Shown here: positions 36,584 to 47,173 of the stretch, piece after piece
Numbering within the stretch: the stretch's first letter is position 1
How the letters are laid out: each line of letters begins with the position of its first letter
Assembly (NCBI GenBank): GCA_026705925.1
Contig: JAPOZT010000019.1
Coordinates: 49,878 to 113,877 of the forward strand
From: Gemmatimonadota bacterium
GTDB taxonomy: Bacteria; JAAXHH01
Direction of reading: 5' to 3'
Length of the DNA stretch: 64,000 nucleotides
Notes under the pieces: generated by a model
Seen by the model: only the letters and a program-made list of their open reading frames with translations
The model's database searches: none
Told to the model about the DNA's origin: nothing
Program-made: the position numbers and the translations under genes

Positions 36584-38244
36584 ATGTGGCCAGCGTTGCG
36601 GGATTTCCTGGACGTACCTGAAGAGTTGACGGGAAAGGGCGTCCGTATCGCCATTGTCGACGGCGATTTCCCGAATCATCCAGATATCACTACGAACCAA
36701 CACCGTACTTCCCACAAAGTAATGGTGATGGATCCAGATCTGGTTCCGAAGGAGTTTAACGTTGAATCCGGACCGTGGAAAGGCGGTGCCCACGGTCTCT
36801 GGGCCGCGGCCTCCGCGGCAAGTTCCGGCGCCGAATCCAGGGGGCTGTACAAGGGTGTGGCCCACGATGCGGATCTGTTTCTCGTCGCCCGTTATTTTCC
36901 CGGACAGAGCCGGCAACCGGGAAAATAGATGAAGCGCATCTCAGGTCCCTGGAATGGATCCGGGACAATTGGCGGAAGTATGAGATTCGCGGAGTTTTAA
37001 CGGCCAGAAAAAGCGCTTTGGACGCAAGCCTTCTACCCTGGCAGTCGGACCCAGTCAGGGTATTGTGCGAGGAAATCGCGTCCGAGGGGGTTCTTGTCGT
37101 ATCCGGTTCGGGAAACCTATCTGACCGGACGGCCGCTTTGGCAGAAGCAGCGGCTCCTTCCGCTCTTTCTGTCGGCGGGGTCGTGATTCCATCGAATGGA
37201 GATCCTGGGAGCGCGGATGTTTTTCCCGGATGCCGGGGAACGACCTTCGAAGGGAAGTGGATACCCGAAATCCTGGCGCCCGCAGCGAACATCGTGCTGC
37301 CGCATGGAACCGATAAAGAGATTGAGCACCACTACTACGGGAAGATCGACGATCTGCCCCGTCGATACGCGCGACTGCACGGCACCTCGTTCGCCGGACC
37401 GATAGTCCTTGGCGTCGCGGCCTGTCTGTGGCAGGCGCGACCCGAATGGACGAGCCAGGAAATGAAGTCGGCCCTCATCGAATCGTCCATACAACAGCCG
37501 GGATGGACCGACCTGCGCGCCGGTCTCGTTTCGGTCCGCGCCGCCCTGGGCTCAACGCCATCAGCAACCCGTCGTGACCACGGAATCTGGCCCCGCCAGC
37601 CCTGGACCGTGTTACGCTCGCTATCCGTAGCGTCCAGACTGGGGATGCTGGGAGATAGCGATCCGGAACACGTTATAGCAGCCATTCTCTCTTTTGTCGG
37701 AGACGAGAACGCGCTCCCTGACAATGTATTGATACCCTTCCGGACGTGTTTGCGACATACGGATCCCCGCGTCCGAGCCGCTGCGTCGTGTGCCCTGGCC
37801 ATGGGACGCTCCTCGATAAACGCTTCCGAGATCATCGAAGCGTTCAGGGACGATTCTCCTTTCGTCCGCGCCGCCATCATATCTCTGCTGCGTAAACATT
37901 CGGATCTCTGGACAGAATGCACCACGGCGTTACCCGACCTCTTCAATGATACGAACCCGGATGTCCGCTACGCGGCCCTCCAGCTTGCCGTACAGATGGC
38001 GGATCCGCGAATGGCCTGTGCAATCCTGGCCGGCCTGGAGGAGGACGCCCGGGCGAATCGAATTTCGAGCTTTGCAACTCGAAGGAATGCGCTGGAAGCA
38101 ATAACGGCTCACCGGCTGGAAATGACGCCGCCTTACAGGCATGGAGAGCCGTTCTACTCCGACGACCTCCGTGCATCGCGGCTGGATCTTGCGCGCCGAT
38201 GGAATGAGTGGATCCGGGAAGAGTGGCTGCCGGAACGTGCGTAG
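36584..38244 (+). pseudogene. S8 subtilisin-family peptidase fused to C-terminal HEAT-like repeats, split by a +1/-1 frameshift near 36895-36915
   Basis: Frame A carries Asp (IAIVDGDF) and His (HGLWAAASAASSG) motifs. Frame B carries Ser motif (GTSFAGPIVLG) and HEAT-like repeats (PDVRYAALQLAVQMADPRMA). Junction in tttt/ccc run. Confidence 0.6.
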
Positions 38245-38397
38245 CGTCTCAGCCATTCATACACAAGTAAGAGACCATAAGTAGCAAGGCGACATTCAGC
38301 AGGTCGCCTGGAGCACGAAGTTCGGCCTCATCCAGGGACTAAGTTGGTGACAAAGGCCTGAGGACTTGATGTGCCAGCAATGGTCAATCACTACGGT

Positions 38398-38610
38398 TCA
38401 CTGCTCAAGATTCGTAATCTTCTCTTCAACAAACACCTGCTCAATCGGCATATCAAATAACCTGGAGATCTTGAAGGCCAGGGACAGGCTCGGGTCATAC
38501 TTGCCTTTCTCAATGGCATTCACTGTCTGCCTCGAGACTTTCAAACGATCCGCCAATTCGGCCTGGGTCCAGTCCCTTTCGGCGCGCAATACCTTCAGAC
38601 GGTTTCTCAT
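38398..38610 (-). CDS. XRE-family HTH transcriptional regulator (70 aa), cassette 1
   Basis: MRNRLKVLRAERDWTQAELADRLKVSRQTVNAIEKGKYDPSLSLAFKISRLF, Cro/C1-type HTH. Confidence 0.8.
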   Translation of the reverse strand: MRNRLKVLRAERDWTQAELADRLKVSRQTVNAIEKGKYDPSLSLAFKISRLFDMPIEQVFVEEKITNLEQ

Positions 38611-39005
38611 CGGTACTTCCTACCGGCGACGAGTTGCCCCATACTCCAAAGCAGAATCATGACAAAGCCAACCCACATCGTGTTGAAGGAAGGAAATCCC
38701 ACGTTTTCCAGCAACCCGTAGCTCAAACAGAAAATCAGGGTGGCAATGTACGCGATCACAACCGCTTCAAGATGTAAGTGCCTGAGCATTTCATCCATAC
38801 GCCGAACGAAACGAACCACGGCCAGCATCATGAACACGAAGGGGATCACCGGCGCCACCGTAACCGGGATCCGCCAGGGTGAATCGAGGTTCTCTCTCAG
38901 AAACATCAGCGACGCTACCTGTACGACTACATAGGCCAGCATGGAGCCGCCGAATTCCAGCAAATAACGTATTGTAGTTTGTCTCATCGTGTGCTGCCTC
39001 CTCAC
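38607..39005 (-). CDS. small polytopic membrane protein partnered with XRE regulator, cassette 1
   Basis: ATGA overlap with downstream HTH gene. Four hydrophobic helices. TTGACA-type promoter upstream. Confidence 0.55.
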   Translation of the reverse strand: MRRQHTMRQTTIRYLLEFGGSMLAYVVVQVASLMFLRENLDSPWRIPVTVAPVIPFVFMMLAVVRFVRRMDEMLRHLHLEAVVIAYIATLIFCLSYGLLENVGFPSFNTMWVGFVMILLWSMGQLVAGRKYR

Positions 39006-39212
39006 TCGAAGATTGAATTTGTAATGTACTGAAGTAATCGCCGTGTCGAGTTATTATGACATAATGTAAATATATATAATCATTTTGTCAAGTTTTATAT
39101 ACATTATTTACAGGGTGATCCCTACTTCCTAATACTGTACTTTAGGCTGAAGTGCGATTTTCCGGTCTAAATCTGTCTGTATGGCTTTCACCGAAGCTAC
39201 CTGGGGTAAACC

Positions 39213-39905
39213 GTGAACATCACCGCAATCTCCTTCGACGTCGACCAGACCCTGATCGACACAGACCTGGTCATCATGCGATCCATGGAATCCGTTCGTG
39301 AGGAACTGATAAAGCGCGTACCGGGCGAGCGATCCCAGAGCCTGACGGTTGAGCAGATGTGGTCTATTCGTGACCGGGAAGAGAAAGATTACGTGGGAAA
39401 GGTAAGAGACTTCGACGAGATACGGCGGAGGTCCTTCCTCAGGATGCTTGATCATGTCGGATACGCGGGTCCCGATCTGTCGGCGCGTCTCAACGAAGTA
39501 TATCTGAAACACCGGTACAACGACATCAGACCTTACGAGGACGTCGTGCCCATGCTCGATGCCCTTGCCCTGCGTTTCAAACTCGGGCTGCTGTCGAATG
39601 GCAACAACTATCCGGAGTACTTCGGGCTCGCTGACCGTTTTGACTTCGCCGTCTACGCCCAGGATATCGAAATCGAGAAACCGGATCCGAGGGCGTTTCA
39701 GATCGCGGTGGAACGGGCGGGTTGTAGCCAGAACCAACTGCTACACGTGGGAGATTCGCTGGAAACGGACGTCGAAGGCGCACAGGCGGTTGGTGTGCGT
39801 GCGGTATGGTTGAATCGCAATGGCGCATTCAATGATACGGGAATAGAACCCGATTATCAAATCGCTACATTGACCGACCTCCCTGCCCTGTTAAGTCTGG
39901 ATTGA
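39213..39905 (+). CDS. HAD-superfamily hydrolase, copy 2
   Basis: SFDVDQTL motif I, GDSLETD motif IV. Confidence 0.7.
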   Translation: MNITAISFDVDQTLIDTDLVIMRSMESVREELIKRVPGERSQSLTVEQMWSIRDREEKDYVGKVRDFDEIRRRSFLRMLDHVGYAGPDLSARLNEVYLKHRYNDIRPYEDVVPMLDALALRFKLGLLSNGNNYPEYFGLADRFDFAVYAQDIEIEKPDPRAFQIAVERAGCSQNQLLHVGDSLETDVEGAQAVGVRAVWLNRNGAFNDTGIEPDYQIATLTDLPALLSLD

Positions 39906-39959
39906 GACTGGTTCGAAACGTATTCACGTGAAATCAAGGTCAGGGAACATCATCCGGAC

Positions 39960-40541
39960 ATGCCAGATCACTTTGCCGGGCACCAGGTCCATCTGCAAAC
40001 CGCGCGCCTGCAACTTCGTCCTTTCCGGGAGGCAGATTTCGAGATCGCGGAGGCCTACTACCGGGATCCCGAATTCCTGAATGCCATGGAAGGAGAACCG
40101 CCGGCCGATCCTCCGACGGCGGATTCGCTCACGCGGGTGGGCAGGATCATGGCAGAGCAAAGGTTTCTTTTTGCCATCGTGGAAAGGGCGAGCGACCGGA
40201 CGATCGGCGAGGTATGCCTTCAGTGGATGAATCTGGACCGCGCAAAGATTCCGGACGAGAAGGTGATGCGCATGCCGATCGGGATTTGGGACAAGTCCTT
40301 GTGGGGCCGAGGATATGGCAGGGAAGTAGTATGCTGTTTGATGGATTACGCGTTTGAGGTGCTGGAAATAGACCGGCTTCGTCCCTTAGATGTTTCCGAG
40401 GACAACGCCCGTTCCGTCGCGCTATGGCGGGCCTGCGGACTGAGGATCGCCTGCGAATCGTCGGACAGAAAGCTGGATTTCGAGATCACGCGGTCGGAAT
40501 ACGTCCGGCAACGCCCGATTCATCCCGATCAGAATCCATAA
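39960..40541 (+). CDS. GNAT family N-acetyltransferase (RimJ/RimL-like), copy 2
   Basis: LRPFREADFE..., WGRGYGRE motif A. Confidence 0.65.
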   Translation: MPDHFAGHQVHLQTARLQLRPFREADFEIAEAYYRDPEFLNAMEGEPPADPPTADSLTRVGRIMAEQRFLFAIVERASDRTIGEVCLQWMNLDRAKIPDEKVMRMPIGIWDKSLWGRGYGREVVCCLMDYAFEVLEIDRLRPLDVSEDNARSVALWRACGLRIACESSDRKLDFEITRSEYVRQRPIHPDQNP

Positions 40542-40595
40542 GGCAGGCTCAACGAAAGAACCTTCAGAGCGACTCGATGGGTGAACTGATCCGAT

Positions 40596-41081
40596 CTACT
40601 CCACTCGGCTGAACGCCAGGCGCTCTCCGGCGAATCCTTCGCGCCAGACGCTCATGCACGCCTCCACCATCTCCTCGAGATTCTCTGTAATCTCGCCGAA
40701 GCGATTGCCGGGAACCAGGCCCATGTTGGGGGACAGGATCAGATTGTCCCGTCCGTAGAAGATCGCGAGATCGACCAGACCCGTACTGAACGCGGCCTCG
40801 CGCAACGATGGCACATTGACGGCGCCGGGGGGAAAGAAGAAGTAAAGCAGATCGCCGGTGATCGGCGTAACTGTGGGATTCTCCATACCGATCTCGCTTG
40901 GCGCGAAGGAAGGGACGAGGGTATAGACTTCGTTGCTCGCGTACTTGGCGTGATAGGCATCATTCTCCTGCGGCAAGGCATTCCACACCGCCTCGCACGT
41001 CTTCGGCGCGAGGTCGTCCAGCAATCGTGCTATGCAGCTCACACCGCGTTTCTTCAAGGTCACTTCAATATAACGATCCAT
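40596..41081 (-). CDS. hypothetical protein (last gene of ADC-like / racemase-family operon)
   Basis: 161-aa ORF co-oriented with and 29 nt downstream of 41110-41835. Confidence 0.4.
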   Translation of the reverse strand: MDRYIEVTLKKRGVSCIARLLDDLAPKTCEAVWNALPQENDAYHAKYASNEVYTLVPSFAPSEIGMENPTVTPITGDLLYFFFPPGAVNVPSLREAAFSTGLVDLAIFYGRDNLILSPNMGLVPGNRFGEITENLEEMVEACMSVWREGFAGERLAFSRVE

Positions 41082-41109
41082 GCGGTTCTCCTTTGGTATC
41101 CGTCAAACG

Positions 41110-41835
41110 TCATGCGGTGACTTCCATCAACCGTCCCAAACCGGACTGCTGTGTCAGACGGTTCGCAAGCCGCAGGGCCTCCCACATCGTCACCTGGTTC
41201 GCCGTCAGTACCGTTTTGCTGACTGCCGTCTCGAGTTCAGACAGGAAACCCACGGTGTGCAATGCGGTGTCGGGAATCAGGACTGCTTCTGCGTCTGGAT
41301 GATCGTTGGCTCGTGCGAAGCGCAGGACCTCGTCGCGATCAATGAGCGCGGACTCATCCCCCGTCCAGACCTCGAGACATCCCATGTGGACTACTTCGAG
41401 GCCGTCTGCCTCGAGAAAAGTGCGAAAGGCCTTCGACAGCTCTTGCGGATAGGTCGCCGCTACCGCAACCCGTCTTAGCCCGAGGGCTTTGCAAGCACTC
41501 AGGTACGCCAGCGACGTACTCGATGACGGTACGCCGAGTGCATCGGCAAGATCCTGTGCCTGGCGCCGGGCTCCATCGAGGCCGAAGACGAAACTCCCGC
41601 TCGTGCACGCCCACATACAGACGTCGACGTCGTGAGAACGCAGTTCGTCCACGCCCGCCAACAGGTATTCCCGGCTTCCTGTGATCTGAGTCTCGTCAAT
41701 ACGATGCAGGTTCGGACTGTCGGTATGGATCACCCGGACCTCCACTGCGGGCTTCAGCGCGGCAGCGAGGCGAGGGTAGTCGTCCTCCGCGGAATGCGCG
41801 GGATAGAGGACTCCGATTTTCAGCCTGTCTTCCAT
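41110..41835 (-). CDS. Asp/Glu/hydantoin racemase superfamily protein (maleate isomerase / arylmalonate decarboxylase-like)
   Basis: About 240 aa with two Cys-containing half-site motifs (CTSGS...). Overlaps upstream gene by ATGG. Confidence 0.55.
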   Translation of the reverse strand: MEDRLKIGVLYPAHSAEDDYPRLAAALKPAVEVRVIHTDSPNLHRIDETQITGSREYLLAGVDELRSHDVDVCMWACTSGSFVFGLDGARRQAQDLADALGVPSSSTSLAYLSACKALGLRRVAVAATYPQELSKAFRTFLEADGLEVVHMGCLEVWTGDESALIDRDEVLRFARANDHPDAEAVLIPDTALHTVGFLSELETAVSKTVLTANQVTMWEALRLANRLTQQSGLGRLMEVTA

Positions 41836-41838
41836 CGA

Positions 41839-42672
41839 TCACGGTTCCTCGCTCAGATAGTCGTAAACAACCCGGGCGTACCCTTCGGTGTAGCTGCTCT
41901 CCATGTGGAAGGCGTCGCCGTATTCGAGCGGCGCGAGCGGCGTGAGGTCGCACCGCGGGGAAGCGCCGAGTTCGATAGTGCCCTTCCCCTGCGCGAAGGC
42001 GTGCACTTCCACGTCCTGTGTCGTTTCGCTGCAATCGATCAACTGTTTGAGGGCAAGTCCCGGACCGTCAGCCCGGGGTATGATCTTCAGACGCCAGGCC
42101 GGGGTCAGGGCGGGCATCGCGGCGTGGCCAGCACCGGCATCGGGCGCGGTACAGGTGCCGGGCGCGGCGCCGACATCCTGCGAAGCGCCGGCGGCCTGGC
42201 CGGCAACGGCATCCCGGGGAACGCCGGTTTCCACGCTTGAGGCAATGCGCAATACCGGCACCCCGCCATAGGAGGTCTCCGTCACCATGTACCGGTCCTC
42301 ATGGATCACCCTCATGTCCGCATACACCTTCGGCGTCCCGTAGATCTCCCTGCCCGCGGCGATGCCGGCGGGTCCGTTGTGGAAGACATGGGAACAGTAG
42401 AACCCGGTCTGATCTTGGAAATGGCACTTCATCACGATAAACGACTCTTCGAAGGGACCGTAGTTCTCACAGTGAGGCACCTCCAACCCGGAGGCCACGC
42501 ACAACCCGTCCTCCGCCGCCTGCAAGGGCTCGGGGAGAAAGTCCTGTACGGCGGACGGCGCGGCGTGAAAGAAGACGAACTGGAACCGCACATTTCGATA
42601 GACCGCCGGAAGCGGGGGATAGAAGGGGCTTCCCGCCGGGATGTTCCATCCGTCGTCTTGTTTGAGTCTCAT
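41839..42672 (-). CDS. acetoacetate decarboxylase (ADC) family protein
   Basis: N-terminal YPPLPAVYRNVRFQFVFF pattern of ADC-fold proteins. Start moved to MRLKQDD. Confidence 0.5.
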   Translation of the reverse strand: MRLKQDDGWNIPAGSPFYPPLPAVYRNVRFQFVFFHAAPSAVQDFLPEPLQAAEDGLCVASGLEVPHCENYGPFEESFIVMKCHFQDQTGFYCSHVFHNGPAGIAAGREIYGTPKVYADMRVIHEDRYMVTETSYGGVPVLRIASSVETGVPRDAVAGQAAGASQDVGAAPGTCTAPDAGAGHAAMPALTPAWRLKIIPRADGPGLALKQLIDCSETTQDVEVHAFAQGKGTIELGASPRCDLTPLAPLEYGDAFHMESSYTEGYARVVYDYLSEEP

Positions 42673-43002
42673 GTCCGGGTCTCCAGCGACACGGTCCGGG
42701 ACCATGCGACACGGTCCGGGTCTGGGCCCGCACCCAGGGCAATTCGAGTTGCCGCGCCGGATTCAATTCCGCGAAAGTAAGATTCAGGATTCGTCTGCGA
42801 CCTTGCAACTTGTCATTAACTTAATCGATCGACATATTAGGTACAGGATGAATCCGCCAGCATTTTCGTCAACGTCTCAGACAACGTCTCTGTCAACGTC
42901 TACACCTGTGTCTGCGACTGCCATTTCAGCCGGCGGTTGCGAGACCGTATCAACCGGAAGCAGGTGGCCCCGGACCGCTTCCCTTATCGCCAGAATCTAA
43001 CC

Positions 43003-44508
43003 ATGCCCACTTCCACGCCCAACATCATCTACATCCTCGCCGACGACATGGGATACGGCGACATGGGGTGCAACAACCCCGATTCGAAGATCCCGACGCC
43101 CCACCTGGATTTGCTCGCCGGGGAAGGCATGCGCTTCACCGACGCCCACGCCCCTTCGAGCGTGTGCACGCCGAGCCGGTACGCCCTGCTGACGGGCCGC
43201 TACTGCTGGCGCACGCCCCTGAAGAACAGCGTCCTCTGGCCCTACGACCCGCCCCTGATCGAGCCCGGACGCCTTACCGCGGCGGAATTGCTTCGCCAGC
43301 AGGGCTACCGCACCGCGTGCATCGGAAAATGGCACCTCGGCTGGGAATGGGCCACCCTGGACGGGAAGCCCGCCCACGAGGGCACGGCGGTGGGCAGGCT
43401 GGACCGGGAACTGAGGGAGGAACGGGAACGGCACGTCGATTTCAGCACGCCCATGCGCGGGGGGCCGGTCGACTGCGGATTCGACACGTACTTCGGCGTG
43501 GATGTGCCGAATTTCCCGCCCTACACCTGGTTCGAGCAGGACCGGCTCGCCGGGGAGCCGACCGTACCCAAGCCCGACGACATGTTCGGATGGCCCGGCA
43601 TCATGAAACCCGGCTGGTCGCTCGAGGAGATGATCCCCGCGTTCATACGCCGCGTGGTCAACTACATCGAATCGTCCGGACCCGATCCGTTCTTCCTCTA
43701 CTTCCCGCTCACTTCGCCCCACACGCCCATCGTGCCCAACGCGCCGTTCATCGGAAGGAGCGGCTCGGGGCTCTATGGCGATTTTGTGTGTGAAGTGGAC
43801 TGGGTGGTGGGCCAGATCATGGCGGCCCTCGAGCGCCGCGGCATCGCCGACGACACCTTGCTGATCTTCACGAGCGACAACGGACCGGAGTGCGCCCCGG
43901 CCGCGGACGGCGGGAGCTACGAACACGCACGAATTCATGGCCACTACAGCATGGGGAACCTGCGCGGCGTCAAGCGCGACGTGTGGGAGGGCGGGCACCG
44001 CGTCCCCTTCCTCGCTCGGTGGCCGGGCGTTGTGCCCGCCGGCGCGGTCTGCGACCAGCTCACCACCCTGGGCGACTTCATGGCGACCTGCGCCGACCTG
44101 ACCGGCTTCGATCTCGGGGAGGACGAAGGCGAGGACAGCGTGAGCATGCTGCCGCTGTTGCAGGGGGAGACCGGTGATCCGGTGCGAGACTTCGCCGTGC
44201 ACCACAGTTGCCACGGGACCTTCGCCATCCGCAGAGGCAAATGGGTCTTCATCGATGCCCCGAACGGAGACGACAACCGCGAGCCCGACTGGTTCAAGGA
44301 AGAGCGTGGCTATACCGCCCACGATTTCCCCGGCGAGCTCTTCGATCTCGATAAGGACCTATCGGAACGGGTAAACCGATACGGCGACCATCCGGAACTC
44401 GTCCGGGAGATGTCACGGATGCTGGAACAGGTGAAGTCGGAAGACATCGCGGTAAGGCCTTCGCCCGCGGTACCTTTCTGTAATGATGACCGTGAACGGA
44501 AAGCATGA
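43003..44508 (+). CDS. arylsulfatase-family sulfatase (formylglycine-dependent)
   Basis: ILADDMGYGD, C-T-P-S-R formylglycine motif (SVCTPSRYALLTGR), GKWHLG. No obvious signal peptide. Confidence 0.85.
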   Translation: MPTSTPNIIYILADDMGYGDMGCNNPDSKIPTPHLDLLAGEGMRFTDAHAPSSVCTPSRYALLTGRYCWRTPLKNSVLWPYDPPLIEPGRLTAAELLRQQGYRTACIGKWHLGWEWATLDGKPAHEGTAVGRLDRELREERERHVDFSTPMRGGPVDCGFDTYFGVDVPNFPPYTWFEQDRLAGEPTVPKPDDMFGWPGIMKPGWSLEEMIPAFIRRVVNYIESSGPDPFFLYFPLTSPHTPIVPNAPFIGRSGSGLYGDFVCEVDWVVGQIMAALERRGIADDTLLIFTSDNGPECAPAADGGSYEHARIHGHYSMGNLRGVKRDVWEGGHRVPFLARWPGVVPAGAVCDQLTTLGDFMATCADLTGFDLGEDEGEDSVSMLPLLQGETGDPVRDFAVHHSCHGTFAIRRGKWVFIDAPNGDDNREPDWFKEERGYTAHDFPGELFDLDKDLSERVNRYGDHPELVREMSRMLEQVKSEDIAVRPSPAVPFCNDDRERKA

Positions 44509-44520
44509 GGGAAGCTGAAG

Positions 44521-46221
44521 ATGATTGACAATTTCGATTTCGATCCGGGATCAGGACGCATCGCGCTGCTGTGCCGGGGCGTCACCGGTGAGCGGTGGAT
44601 CGAGATACGAAATCCGGCCGGGGAGGCAATTCGCCGGATCCCACCGAACTATCTGCCCCATCACCCGCGCTGGTCTCCGGACGGCAAGAAGTTGACCTTC
44701 TCGGGTAACGACGGACGAATTGCCGTACATGACGTTTCCAGGGACGAAACCACGATCATATACGACGACAGTGTATTGAAAGCGGGATTCAGCAGGTGGT
44801 CACACGATGGATCTCATCTTTCCTTCACCGCGTCTGGCCGGCATATCACGGAGCACGGTTTCACCCGGCCTCCGGACCTGTTCCGCCATGAAATCGCGAC
44901 GGGAGTTACAGAGAGGCTGACTAATTCGGACAACTTCGTGGACCGGTTTCCCGCATGGTCGCCTTCCGGCAGACAGATCGCATTTCACCGGGGAGACCTT
45001 GATGAAGACGAGAAGCCCCAGGAGGCCTGTATTTATGACCGGACACGGGAATCGGTCCGGCCCGTTCTGAAAGGAACCACCAGTCAGCATATCGGCCTGT
45101 CTCCCTGGTCCGCCGACGAGAGATGGTTCTCACTCAGCGAACGTACCGAATCGGGATACCGCACCCGCGTCGTCGATCTTTCCGGGCAGGCTGCCGATTG
45201 CCTGGAATTTCCCGGGAGGGAGGGTGTATTTTCGTCCGAACCGGGTTCGACCGAGCTGCTTTGCATTGACACGGGCGAGGTGGCCTGGCACGAGGTTCCC
45301 TCCGGGCGAAAGTGCGCGTCAATCCAGCTCCCGCCAGGAGTCGAAGTAGCGAAGGAATTGACCTGGCACAAGGTCGCCTTCGGGGATCATGGCCGGTGTG
45401 TGTATTTTATCGGTACGGACGGCAAGGTTTATTTCGGGGAGAAAGGAGCCGGGTGCGCCGTATTCGCCGAATACGATGAACCGGCGCCGGAATACAGCCT
45501 GCAGGAGTTCGTCGTCACCGCGTCCGACGGGCTGAAATTGCCCGCGCAGCGCCTGGTACCCGCCTCTCCGCGCAATGTGGCCGTAGTATACGTCCACGGA
45601 GGCCCGGGGGGTGACCTGAACCGGACCGACTCGTGGGCGATGTGTCTTGTGCGCGAAGGGTTTGAAGTGGTCCGCGTGGCGTATCGCGGATCGCGAGGAT
45701 TCGGCGACAATCTGTTCCAGGCAAACCGGGGCGTCGCGGGAGTCAAAGACGTCCAGGATGTGATCGATACCGGGATTGCATGGCATAATCAATTCGGCGC
45801 AGGCCGCGATCTGGCGCTGTTCGGAAACAGCTACGGCGGGTATCTCGGCATGATGGCTGTCAAGCATCCTGAATCGCCATTTTCGTGCGTCGTAGCGACC
45901 TGTTGCTGCATGAATCTCCGTGTGCTGCCTGGTCGCCACGGCACGTTGCTTCCGCCAGGCGCAATCGAGCGGGAGAGGGCGCTGGAGGAAAGATCCGTAC
46001 GGCGTAACGTCGAAAGGATCAGAGTACCTGTATTGCTCTTTCACGGAGAGCTGGATACCGTAGCATCGACGAGTGACATGCGCCGGTTGCATGAAAGCAT
46101 CAATGAATCGGGCGGCGACTGTTCCCTGGTGGTCTACCCCGACGACACGCACAACCTCGCGAAACATCGGGCCGAGATCTTCGCGAAGGTCTCGCAATTC
46201 GTCGATCGTAACGCGGCGTAA
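44521..46221 (+). CDS. S9 prolyl-oligopeptidase family peptidase (beta-propeller + alpha/beta-hydrolase)
   Basis: N-terminal propeller repeats (WSPDGKKLTF), GNSYGG nucleophile elbow, C-terminal Asp/His. Confidence 0.8.
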   Translation: MIDNFDFDPGSGRIALLCRGVTGERWIEIRNPAGEAIRRIPPNYLPHHPRWSPDGKKLTFSGNDGRIAVHDVSRDETTIIYDDSVLKAGFSRWSHDGSHLSFTASGRHITEHGFTRPPDLFRHEIATGVTERLTNSDNFVDRFPAWSPSGRQIAFHRGDLDEDEKPQEACIYDRTRESVRPVLKGTTSQHIGLSPWSADERWFSLSERTESGYRTRVVDLSGQAADCLEFPGREGVFSSEPGSTELLCIDTGEVAWHEVPSGRKCASIQLPPGVEVAKELTWHKVAFGDHGRCVYFIGTDGKVYFGEKGAGCAVFAEYDEPAPEYSLQEFVVTASDGLKLPAQRLVPASPRNVAVVYVHGGPGGDLNRTDSWAMCLVREGFEVVRVAYRGSRGFGDNLFQANRGVAGVKDVQDVIDTGIAWHNQFGAGRDLALFGNSYGGYLGMMAVKHPESPFSCVVATCCCMNLRVLPGRHGTLLPPGAIERERALEERSVRRNVERIRVPVLLFHGELDTVASTSDMRRLHESINESGGDCSLVVYPDDTHNLAKHRAEIFAKVSQFVDRNAA

Positions 46222-46403
46222 GTCTTCTCACAGCTCGATCTGATTGTTTCCCTTCTATCGCTTTCTCATTGGAACCTGTACACCATACCCGGCGGGCATA
46301 TCGAACTCGGTGAGACGACGGAAGAAGCGCTGACACTTCCTGTCGACCGGTACACGGCCCGCGCCGTCGAAGCCCTGCTCGCAAGGCGGAGATCCAACAA
46401 GTA

Positions 46404-47102
46404 ATGACCCGGTTTGTCCTCTTCGACCTGGATGGAACGCTGATCGACACGTTGAACCTGTATGTACGGTCGGTCGTCCAGACGCTGCAGGCGACCGGAC
46501 ACAACCTGTTGTCCCTGGAAGAAGTACTGGCGCTCCGCCTGAATTCCGAACCGCGCCTGATGGCCCATTTCTATCCGCCGGATGAAGTTGAAAGCGCCCA
46601 TCGGCGATTCCTGGAAAACTACCGAGGCCTACACGCCAGTTACTTCGATGGTGTGTATCCCGGTGTCGACGGACTGTTGACATCGCTGCGTAGTCGCGGT
46701 ATCAAGATGGGTATCGTTTCCGGCAAGAGCCGGGGTGCCTGGGCGATCACCCGCGAACACGCCCGGTTGGGCGCATTCGATACGCTGGTCTTCGATGACG
46801 ATGTATCCGCGCCCAAACCGGATTGCGAAGGTCTCGTGAAGGCGATGAGCAACCTGGGCGCTTCACCTTCTGATACCGTCTACGTCGGCGATTCCGTCGA
46901 TGACCTGGAAGCCGCGACGGCCGCGGGGGTCTCTTTCTATGCGGCCCTGTGGTCGAAATCCGAATCGGAAACGCTGGCGTTCGAGCAGGCCGCTGCCGGG
47001 ATCGGCCCGTATGCAGGCGTGGACCATCCGGGGAAGGTTGTACAGATGGTATATGACGCTGGAAGGCGACAGGGCGGTTACCGTCCGAGGGCGGAACTGT
47101 AG
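46404..47102 (+). CDS. HAD-superfamily hydrolase, copy 3
   Basis: FDLDGTL, VGDSVDD. Confidence 0.7.
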   Translation: MTRFVLFDLDGTLIDTLNLYVRSVVQTLQATGHNLLSLEEVLALRLNSEPRLMAHFYPPDEVESAHRRFLENYRGLHASYFDGVYPGVDGLLTSLRSRGIKMGIVSGKSRGAWAITREHARLGAFDTLVFDDDVSAPKPDCEGLVKAMSNLGASPSDTVYVGDSVDDLEAATAAGVSFYAALWSKSESETLAFEQAAAGIGPYAGVDHPGKVVQMVYDAGRRQGGYRPRAEL

Positions 47103-47173
47103 TGGAGTACGCTACGTTGAAACAGACCCCGACGGAGGAAACCGAGACGGAGGAAACCGCGACGGAGCACACC

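Noticed and set aside
36775-38244. Independent 489-aa gene starting at 36775
   Set aside because: Its first about 45 codons are out-of-frame overlap with the S8 catalytic region. It is better explained as the downstream half of a frameshifted S8-HEAT gene.
39860-39925. tRNA-like GGTTCGAA motif
   Set aside because: It lies inside the 3' end of the HAD gene with no cloverleaf-compatible flanks. No tRNA genes were found anywhere in the window.
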